Assembly: GCA_964463325.1 (NCBI GenBank)
Contig: CAYXBY010000001.1
Location: 14,791 to 78,790, forward strand
DNA: 64,000 bases
Source of the DNA: an uncultured Lachnospiraceae bacterium
Lineage (GTDB): Bacteria > Bacillota > Clostridia > Oscillospirales > CAG-272
Reading direction: 5' to 3'
Within the stretch, counting starts at the first letter, position 1. Every line of letters starts with the position of its first letter. The notes under the pieces were generated by a model. The model was not told the origin of the DNA. It saw only the letters and a program-made list of their open reading frames with translations, and ran no database searches. The position numbers were made by a program, and so were the translations under genes. Shown here piece by piece: positions 37,079 through 44,068 of the stretch.

Positions 37079-38135
37079 ATTCCCCAAATATGCTGCGGCA
37101 GAGCTTGGCCGTGAACCGCTCCTTGGCTGAAAAATCCATGGCGTCGGAATATATCCGCTCCATTTCAAAATGATATTCCCGCACACCGGCCAGCGCGTCC
37201 AGCGCCCCTGACAGCATGCTGCTATAGGCTCTGTGCGCGTGCCTCGCCTCCTGGATGTCTGCCTCCGAGGCTGGCAGATTGAGCGATTCCATTGCGACTG
37301 GGAAGCAGGTGCGCCCCTCCGCGTGCTCGCCTTCACCGTCGTCGACGACAGCGGCTACACGATCCCGCTCCAGCAGCACGCCGTCCAGCCGCTCCGGGTC
37401 GATGGGGTCGCGCGATACCATCACCCGCAGCCCGCGCAGTCGTGCCAGCTCAACTAAGCTGTCAAGCAGCCGATGTGCCGTCATAAAGCTGTCCTTGATG
37501 ATATACAGCGTCGTCGCCTCGCGCGCGAAGCATTCCGACGTGGCCTGCCCCGTCATACCAACGGCGTTGAGCAGCGCGGTGCTGATCACAAATCCCTCGC
37601 CCGGCTCAATGCCCGCCAGCATAGATGCAGCATACTGGCGCAGCCCCTGCTCATCGATCAGCTCGCTACCAATGCCGCGTATGACATGGCACATATCGAG
37701 ACAGCCCGAAAGCCAGCCATAGGCCTGGCGCCACGCCAATCGCTTGCGTCGCCCCAGCTCGCGCAGCTTGCCGCTGTGCTCACGCAGACACGACTCATCC
37801 CAAAAGTCCCCGAGATTGATCAATTGCTCGACCACGCCGGGCTGCTCAGGCTCCCAGGCGTGCGGTGGGGTGCCATCGATGAAGGCGATAGTGCTGTCGT
37901 CTCGGCGCAGCAATATGCCATCCAGCGATCCGGGGTCAGACGAGCAATAATACCGCCTCGTCGTCCATCCGCGCGCCTGGGCGTAGCTCTCGACCGCTCT
38001 CATGAACCGACTTTTGCCCGTTCCCGGGCCTCCCTTTATCACAAAAATCCGCTCCGCCGAGCCAAACACCTCGGTGTAGTAATTTGTAAATCCCCGCCCG
38101 CTGTTCGAGGCGGCAAAATAACCATCAACTGTCAT
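37077..38135 (-). CDS. P-loop NTPase of unknown function (conserved Firmicute hypothetical ATPase)
   Basis: I trimmed the track ORF (431 aa) to the ATG at 38135, which has GGAGG 5 nt upstream, giving 352 aa. Walker A is IKGGPGTGKS, followed by CSSDPGSLDG and DGTPPH motifs. Confidence 0.7.
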   Translation of the reverse strand: MTVDGYFAASNSGRGFTNYYTEVFGSAERIFVIKGGPGTGKSRFMRAVESYAQARGWTTRRYYCSSDPGSLDGILLRRDDSTIAFIDGTPPHAWEPEQPGVVEQLINLGDFWDESCLREHSGKLRELGRRKRLAWRQAYGWLSGCLDMCHVIRGIGSELIDEQGLRQYAASMLAGIEPGEGFVISTALLNAVGMTGQATSECFAREATTLYIIKDSFMTAHRLLDSLVELARLRGLRVMVSRDPIDPERLDGVLLERDRVAAVVDDGEGEHAEGRTCFPVAMESLNLPASEADIQEARHAHRAYSSMLSGALDALAGVREYHFEMERIYSDAMDFSAKERFTAKLCRSIFGE

Positions 38136-38145
38136 TGATCCCTCC

Positions 38146-38180
38146 TGAAAAATAAAAATCGGAAGCCTGAACTTCCGATT
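38146..38180 (-). terminator. Intrinsic terminator immediately upstream of the ATPase RBS
   Basis: On the minus strand, an AATCGGAAG/CTTCCGATT stem is followed by TTTATTTTTCA, which runs directly into the GGAGG SD of the ATPase gene. Confidence 0.7.
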
Positions 38181-38382
38181 TTTTGACTTTGTGATGTGCG
38201 GCGGCGCCGCATGGCGTTTTGAGGCTTGCAGCCTCGGGGCGGTGTGAAGTATTGCACACTTCAGCGCTGTGAAAGTGGCCCCTTCATGGCCGTGGCTACG
38301 TCCGTCAAGGTCAAAACTATCTTCCAAAGAGCGATGAAGCGCGCAGCATTTCACTTGCGTCGAAGCATGCAATACCTCTTCC

Positions 38383-38958
38383 CTACTTCTGCACTATCTT
38401 GACATTCGCCGGCGTGATGCCAGACTGGTCGTAGACGATCTCGTTTATGATAGCGATATCGCTTTGAGTCAGCTTGTCGGCCTTGACAACGACGTTCACC
38501 GTCCCCGAGCTGATAACTGCCACGCACTGCTCAAAGCCCTTGGCTACGACCAATGTCTCAATGTTGGACTCCGCCTCCATGTCCTTGGCAATCTGACTGA
38601 TATCGGCGAGCGCCTGCGTTTTGGTGGCCTCGTCAGATTTTGCGCTGTCGACCACCGCCTGAAGCACCTCCAGCGCCTCATCACGGGCACGAGCGCGGCT
38701 GACCTGCGTCGACGAGAAGAAGCTGTCGACCGAGGCGTTGCCGCTGTCGACCGAGGCCGGCGTTGTGCCCGCAGCGTCCGAGCTGCCCATGCCGGCGCTG
38801 GCACTGTAATCAAAGCCGTCGTCTCGCCCCGCAAATATTGCCCAGTTAAGTACCACCGCCACGCCGATCAGCAGGACGACGCCCGCAATAATAAGATTCC
38901 GCTTGCCCACGCGCTCCACAAATCGCTTTGCCGGCGAGCTTTCCTGTTCGTAAACCAT
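38383..38958 (-). CDS. spoIIIAH: Stage III sporulation protein AH
   Basis: 191 aa with an N-terminal TM segment and a YscJ/FliF-like C-domain. It is the last gene of the spoIIIA operon. Confidence 0.8.
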   Translation of the reverse strand: MVYEQESSPAKRFVERVGKRNLIIAGVVLLIGVAVVLNWAIFAGRDDGFDYSASAGMGSSDAAGTTPASVDSGNASVDSFFSSTQVSRARARDEALEVLQAVVDSAKSDEATKTQALADISQIAKDMEAESNIETLVVAKGFEQCVAVISSGTVNVVVKADKLTQSDIAIINEIVYDQSGITPANVKIVQK

Positions 38959-39030
38959 CTCAAATACCTCCAGATGCTTTTGTTTTTTGTTGTGTTACAT
39001 TATATTACGCACCGCCGGGCAATATGCCCG

Positions 39031-39528
39031 TTATGTGCCTGTGACATAAATTTTATTTGAACCTATATTGTATGCCGCGCTCAGCAGCGCCGTCAGTCGG
39101 CGCACGACCTCGGGCTCCGACCCGCCGCGGCACACCACGCCGATACCGCTGATGCGCGGCAGCAGCTCGGTCAGATACACTGCCTGCTCCGAGCTGCCGT
39201 TGCCGACGGTGACATACTTCACCTGCCCCGATGCGCCGCCAAGCTCGGACTTTGTGTCCGTCGCATAGACAAATTCATAGCCACACTCAAGACTTACCGC
39301 CACGCTGACATCCGAAACGCCCTCCACTCGGCTGCAAAGCGCGGCTATCTCACGTCGCAGCTGCTCAGTGTAGTCCTCCAGCTGCTCGTGTCGACTGGAC
39401 GCCGCCTCAGTGCACGAGGTGTCGGTATCTGCGTCACCGGAGCCGCCGAGACACAGCAGCACCCCGCCCAGCGCCAAAAGCCCCACAAGCATCAGTTTGC
39501 GGTCAAGCCGCCATTTGCTTTTTTGCAA
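39031..39528 (-). CDS. spoIIIAG: Stage III sporulation protein AG
   Basis: 165 aa with an N-terminal TM segment and a C-terminal ISGIGVVCRGG...IGSNKIYV block typical of SpoIIIAG. Confidence 0.8.
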   Translation of the reverse strand: MQKSKWRLDRKLMLVGLLALGGVLLCLGGSGDADTDTSCTEAASSRHEQLEDYTEQLRREIAALCSRVEGVSDVSVAVSLECGYEFVYATDTKSELGGASGQVKYVTVGNGSSEQAVYLTELLPRISGIGVVCRGGSEPEVVRRLTALLSAAYNIGSNKIYVTGT

Positions 39529-39541
39529 TAGTTATCACCAC

Positions 39542-40030
39542 CTATCCGGTTACTGTACAGCGGCAGCCCAGCAGCTCGCCGATGTACGCTTCTATCTCGT
39601 AAGGGTCGCGCAGCAGGGCTCCGCCGGACAGTATGACCGTCACGCTGTCAACATACAGCTCCCCATCACGCTCGCCGAGCACCGCGCTGACGTGACACTG
39701 CTCAAGTGGTATGTCATAGCGCTCGCAAATGTGCCCGCGCAGCGATCCCGACGCGTTGTCGGCGCCGTATCGCAAAAGCTGCTCGATATATTGCTGCTCA
39801 TATTGCTCCTCGGCCTGCTCGCGGTCGAACATACCTGACAATCCGTCGCCCAGCTGCTCAAGGCCGGCCATAAGCTCGCCCAGCGGCGCGACAAGCACGC
39901 ACAAAACACACAGCGCTCCCAAAAAGCAGACCGTCCGTCGCGTCCCGCCGCCCTCGCCCTCGGGCACCAGCGCCCCTATCGCCCCAACGACCAGCGCCGC
40001 CGCCACCACGCTCAAAAGATACCCGCTCAT
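39542..40030 (-). CDS. spoIIIAF: Stage III sporulation protein AF
   Basis: I trimmed to the ATG at 40030, which forms an ATGA overlap with the spoIIIAE stop, giving 162 aa. It has two N-terminal TM segments and sits in the expected operon position. Confidence 0.75.
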   Translation of the reverse strand: MSGYLLSVVAAALVVGAIGALVPEGEGGGTRRTVCFLGALCVLCVLVAPLGELMAGLEQLGDGLSGMFDREQAEEQYEQQYIEQLLRYGADNASGSLRGHICERYDIPLEQCHVSAVLGERDGELYVDSVTVILSGGALLRDPYEIEAYIGELLGCRCTVTG

Positions 40031-41178
40031 ACCGCCACCCACGCTGCCGACGTCCGCGCCAGCAGCGTCAGCGAGAAGATGAGCATGACCGAGCAGGCAC
40101 ATATCACAGCCAAAAGGTAGCCCCAGACGCTGACCAGCTCCGACAGCACGCCCGCCTCCTCACCGCAGCCCAGCAGCCGCGCCGCAGTCCCCGACGCCAT
40201 CAGCGCCAGCCGCGTCAGCAGCACCGAGATCAGCGTCGGCAGAATCAGCAGCACTATCACGACTATCCCCATCACGCCGACGCTGGCGCGTATATATTTG
40301 ACGCTGCCCGCGACCGTCCGCAGGCTCTCGCCCAGCGCGCTGCCGACGACGGGAATAAAATTGCCCGCCATATATTTCGCCGTTCTGGCGCTCAGACTGT
40401 CGGCGGCCGACGCCAACGTCGATTGTGCACCCAGCACCGCCATCATGAGCATCATCACAAGCCCAATGACAAATGTAAAGCATTTCTTGACTGCCGCCGC
40501 TATTCCGCGCATATCGACCGACGGCGAAAGCGCCGAGGCCATGGCCAGCGCCGTGCACAGCACCGCGACCGGTATCACGCAACGGCTGCAAACATTCTCG
40601 CAGACCGTCATAAAAAACACCATTGACGCATTATTCGCCGCCGCGCTTGCCACATTGCCGCCCATGGTGTAAAACGTCCCCATCAGCGGCAGCATGGCGT
40701 CCGCAAGCAGGTTGAGCCGCTCCAAGGACGCTGTCACCAGCCGCAGCTGCTCATATTGCGTTGATATTATGGCGCCCAGCACCGCCGTCACCGTGCACAG
40801 CTTGACCGCGGCGCTCAGTGAAGACGACCTCGACAGCGTATTCAGCGACCGCAGCAGCGCCGAGAGCAGCAGTATCACCAGCAGTGTCGCGAAAAGCCGC
40901 AGCGCCCCGCCAAGTCGGACGCCGAGCAGCTGAGCGATACATGAAATTATGTATTCAAGGCTGCTCATCTGCTCAGCCGCACCGTGCAGCTGCGCCGGAT
41001 CGTCCGAAAACACGCCCTCCGGCAGTAGCTCGGCGATGTCGTCGGGCACACCGTCCAGCAGCTGCTCATATTGCTCGCCATAGGCGTCGTAATTGACTGC
41101 GGCGGCGGGCAGCTTGAGCGCGGCGACCAGCACCGCTACCGCACAAACGGTCAAAATGACAGCTATCGCTCTCCGCAT
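40027..41178 (-). CDS. spoIIIAE: Stage III sporulation protein AE
   Basis: 383 aa and polytopic, at the fifth position of the operon. Confidence 0.85.
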   Translation of the reverse strand: MRRAIAVILTVCAVAVLVAALKLPAAAVNYDAYGEQYEQLLDGVPDDIAELLPEGVFSDDPAQLHGAAEQMSSLEYIISCIAQLLGVRLGGALRLFATLLVILLLSALLRSLNTLSRSSSLSAAVKLCTVTAVLGAIISTQYEQLRLVTASLERLNLLADAMLPLMGTFYTMGGNVASAAANNASMVFFMTVCENVCSRCVIPVAVLCTALAMASALSPSVDMRGIAAAVKKCFTFVIGLVMMLMMAVLGAQSTLASAADSLSARTAKYMAGNFIPVVGSALGESLRTVAGSVKYIRASVGVMGIVVIVLLILPTLISVLLTRLALMASGTAARLLGCGEEAGVLSELVSVWGYLLAVICACSVMLIFSLTLLARTSAAWVAV

Positions 41179-41187
41179 ACCCTCACC

Positions 41188-41580
41188 TCACGCCCATCTC
41201 AGCAGCTCACGAGCCGTGTCGAGCACTGACGAAATGAGCGGCAAGCTAAGCAGCAGTATCTCACACCGTCCCGCCAGCTCGAGGCAGCTCGCTACCGTCC
41301 CCTCGCCACAGTCGCGACACAGCTCAGCTCCGAGCTGCGTCAGCATGGCCACGCCGAACGCCTTGAGCAGCACCTCGACGCCGTCACCCAAGCCCGCGCC
41401 CTCCGCCAGCTGCTCAAAATAGACGCAGAGCGGCGCCAGCAGCCCCAGTATCACCGCCATCAGCACCACGCTGCCGCTCAGCCTGATCGGGATCGCCAGC
41501 TCGCCGCGCAATTGCCTAACGACCAGCGCCGCCATCGCCGTGATAAGCCCGATGCCGCATATCTGCCAGCTCTCCATCAC
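41188..41580 (-). CDS. spoIIIAD: Stage III sporulation protein AD
   Basis: 130 aa with 4 TM segments. It overlaps the spoIIIAC stop by 4 nt. Confidence 0.85.
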   Translation of the reverse strand: MMESWQICGIGLITAMAALVVRQLRGELAIPIRLSGSVVLMAVILGLLAPLCVYFEQLAEGAGLGDGVEVLLKAFGVAMLTQLGAELCRDCGEGTVASCLELAGRCEILLLSLPLISSVLDTARELLRWA

Positions 41581-41771
41581 AGCCCAAATATGTCGCGCAC
41601 GCTGTCGAACAGCGCGCCGATCTCACCGACCAGCATCAACAGCGCCACGACAATGCCACTGATTATGACCAGCGTTGATTGCTCATCGCGCCCGTATTTT
41701 GACAGTATCTGCGCCGCTGCCGACACCAAAATTCCTACTCCCGCCACCTTAAATATAAGCGAAATATCCAT
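41577..41771 (-). CDS. spoIIIAC: Stage III sporulation protein AC
   Basis: 64 aa starting MDISLIFKVAGVGILVSAAAQIL and containing GRDEQ. Confidence 0.9.
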   Translation of the reverse strand: MDISLIFKVAGVGILVSAAAQILSKYGRDEQSTLVIISGIVVALLMLVGEIGALFDSVRDIFGL

Positions 41772-41801
41772 TTGTCCCTCCTAATTACCATCGCGCCGCG
41801 C

Positions 41802-42275
41802 CTAAAGCAACAACAGCGTCAGCAGGGCGCCACCGCAAAGGCACAGCACCATTATCACGCGGCAGCGCCCCGGCAGGCGTGCGCTCTCACTGCGCTGCGC
41901 CGTCTCAAGCGTCGTGACACAGTCGTCAAGCGTGCACTCCAGCGTCTGCCGCGCCCCCATCTCGAGCGCCGCCGCAACGGTCTCAAGCGCCTGAAGTGAG
42001 GCCGCGTCAAGCCATGTCCGTGCCGCCGCGCAAAGCTGACGGGCATCGGCGGGCGGGGCGTTAATGCCACACTTCTCAAACGTTTTATGATCACATCTGC
42101 GAATTATCTCGCCAAACTCAAGGCCGTTTGTTTTGATTTGTGATGCAATATGTCGTGCAAGCGTGCAATAGCCATCCAGACGCTCGAGCCGCTCACGCTC
42201 GCGGCAGCACAGCTGCCGCCCCAGCATCGCGGATGCCGCCATCAGCATGCCGCCGCCCAAAAGCTCAGCCCACAT
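41802..42275 (-). CDS. spoIIIAB: Stage III sporulation protein AB
   Basis: I trimmed the track ORF (247 aa) to the ATG at 42275 (MWAELLGGGMLMAASAMLG), giving 157 aa. A GGAGG SD is present, and the gene overlaps the spoIIIAA stop by 11 nt. Confidence 0.8.
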   Translation of the reverse strand: MWAELLGGGMLMAASAMLGRQLCCRERERLERLDGYCTLARHIASQIKTNGLEFGEIIRRCDHKTFEKCGINAPPADARQLCAAARTWLDAASLQALETVAAALEMGARQTLECTLDDCVTTLETAQRSESARLPGRCRVIMVLCLCGGALLTLLLL

Positions 42276-43182
42276 CCGCTGCCTCCGCCGCCGTGACGTC
42301 GTATTCATAGCAAAAGCTGCCCGGCGCACGCGCCAGCCCAACGTAGTATCCAAAGCAGCGTCCGCGGTGCAGCGCCGCCATGCCGGGTCTTGACAGCAGC
42401 TCGCGCACGTCGGCGGCATGTGCGCAGGCCAGCAGCGGCACCCCGCACCCGTGCGCCGCCAGTATCGCGTCGGTCTCGCCGACGCCAATCTCATCGCATA
42501 CCAGCACCTGCGCCGCCAGCGTCCGCACCGCCACCTCAAGGCCAAGCGCCTTGGGATAGCTCGCCAGCACGTCGACCAGCAGCTCGGGTGCGTCCAGCCC
42601 CGGCGCCAGCTCGCCGCGGCTGTCGATCACGGCCACACGTCGCGCCTGCGTGCCCGATGCAAGACAGGCCGCGGCGCCGCGCAGCACCGTCGTTTTTCCG
42701 ACGCCGGGCGGCGAGTAGACTAACACCCCGCGACACAAGCGCTCTCGCCGCATAAGCTCCGCCAGCTCCTGCCCCACCCCGCGCGGCGCCATTCCAGGGA
42801 TGCGCACCACCACCGTGCCGATGTCGTAAATGCCGGTCAGGCGGTCGCCGTCCAGCGCCGCATGCCCGCATACGCCGATCCGCATGCCGCGATAGCTGAT
42901 ATAGCCCTGCTTGATGGTGTCGGCATGCGCATATGGCGAGCCGCCGCAGGCGCGATGGATGAGCTCCTCCAGCTCTGCCGCCGTCGCGACATAGTCGAGC
43001 GGGCTGTTGCGCCCGCCGCAGGTTAGCGAGGCTCGCCGCCCGCGGCGGATATGTATCTCCTCAATGCCGACCTCCCCGCGCTCGCGCAGCTCGTCCGACA
43101 GGCGATATGGCAGCAGCTCGAGCACTGCTATCGGCAGCACGGCCACCCCCGACGCGCGACGGTCTATAAGCGTTGTTCGCAT
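42265..43182 (-). CDS. spoIIIAA: Stage III sporulation protein AA (ATPase)
   Basis: Walker A is SPPGVGKTT and Walker B is LVCDEIG. I placed the start at the ATG at 43182 (GGAGG 8 nt upstream). Alternative ATGs exist at 43188 and 43200. Confidence 0.85.
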   Translation of the reverse strand: MRTTLIDRRASGVAVLPIAVLELLPYRLSDELRERGEVGIEEIHIRRGRRASLTCGGRNSPLDYVATAAELEELIHRACGGSPYAHADTIKQGYISYRGMRIGVCGHAALDGDRLTGIYDIGTVVVRIPGMAPRGVGQELAELMRRERLCRGVLVYSPPGVGKTTVLRGAAACLASGTQARRVAVIDSRGELAPGLDAPELLVDVLASYPKALGLEVAVRTLAAQVLVCDEIGVGETDAILAAHGCGVPLLACAHAADVRELLSRPGMAALHRGRCFGYYVGLARAPGSFCYEYDVTAAEAADVG

Positions 43183-43270
43183 CCGCATCACCTCCACCAT
43201 GAATATATGGTTTGTCCCGCCGCGATAGAACCCGCAGGACAACTTTTATCCCAAAGTTTTGGGGCGACAG

Positions 43271-43299
43271 TTGACAAGGCACGCTATATGTGGTATACT
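43271..43299 (+). promoter_or_regulatory. Sigma-A promoter of the GDPD genes
   Basis: TTGACA (43271-43276), 17-nt spacer ending in TGG, TATACT (43294-43299), located 42 nt before the ATG at 43341. Confidence 0.65.
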
Positions 43300-43340
43300 G
43301 TAACCACCAAAATTTGTTTTTGTTTGAAAGGACATTTACA

Positions 43341-44063
43341 ATGAACACCATTAAATTCGACAAGAAAAATGTTAAGGTCGTCGCACATCGCGGCGTCAGC
43401 GGACTTGAACGCGAGAACACCTGCGCCTCCTTCATCGCGGCCGGCAATCGCTCCTATTATGGCATTGAGACCGATATCCACAAGACTGTCGACGGCAACT
43501 ACATCATCATCCACGACAACGACACCGCACGCGTCGCGCAGGATAAGCTCGAGGTCGAGCAATCCACCTTCCAGACTCTGCGCTCGCTCCAGCTCACCAA
43601 TCTCTATGACGGCACACGCTCCCGCGCCGGCCTCAATCTCCCGACGCTGGAGGAATACATCAGCATCTGCAAGCATTACGAAAAGGACGCCGTACTTGAG
43701 CTCAAAAACGCCTTCACCGAGGACGAGGTGCTCGAGATCTGCGCCAACATTGAAAAGCTGGACTACCTCGACCACGTGGTCTTCATCTCCTTCTCCTACG
43801 ACAACCTGGTCTACCTGCGCCGCAAGTACCCCCAGCAGGCAGCGCAGTTCTTAACCTCCAGGTACGATGACAGCCTCATCGACCGCCTCAAGGAGTGGAA
43901 TCTTGACCTCGACATCCGCGAGACCGCGCTGACCGCCGAGATCACCGCCACCCTCAAGGCTGCCGGCATCACCGTCAACTGCTGGACAGTCGACGACCCG
44001 GCGCGCGCCGAGGAGCTGGTCGGCTACGGCGTCGACATGATCACCACCAACATCCTGGAGTGA
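43341..44063 (+). CDS. Glycerophosphodiester phosphodiesterase (cytoplasmic, GDPD family)
   Basis: I trimmed to the ATG at 43341, giving 240 aa. The catalytic motifs AHRG...ENT...ETD...HD are present. Confidence 0.85.
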   Translation: MNTIKFDKKNVKVVAHRGVSGLERENTCASFIAAGNRSYYGIETDIHKTVDGNYIIIHDNDTARVAQDKLEVEQSTFQTLRSLQLTNLYDGTRSRAGLNLPTLEEYISICKHYEKDAVLELKNAFTEDEVLEICANIEKLDYLDHVVFISFSYDNLVYLRRKYPQQAAQFLTSRYDDSLIDRLKEWNLDLDIRETALTAEITATLKAAGITVNCWTVDDPARAEELVGYGVDMITTNILE

Positions 44064-44068
44064 TCACC

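Noticed and set aside
37077-38372. Several track ORFs carry 5' extensions: the ATPase 37077..38372, spoIIIAB 41802..42545, spoIIIAF 39542..40102, DUF4434 49079..50137, rpsJ 33516..33899, rpsK 20254..20721, rplV 30183..30548, and 16056..16556.
   Set aside because: The extensions overlap upstream genes or structured spacers, lack SD sequences, and have an odd Arg/Cys/His-rich composition. In each case an internal ATG has a good SD and restores the family-typical N-terminus.
43202-43230. A possible sigma-E-type promoter for spoIIIA on the minus strand: TTCTATC, 14 nt, CATATATT.
   Set aside because: The -10 resembles CATACA-T, but the -35 is poor. The predicted TSS would fall on the SD of spoIIIAA, leaving almost no leader. 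This is not enough support to annotate it.
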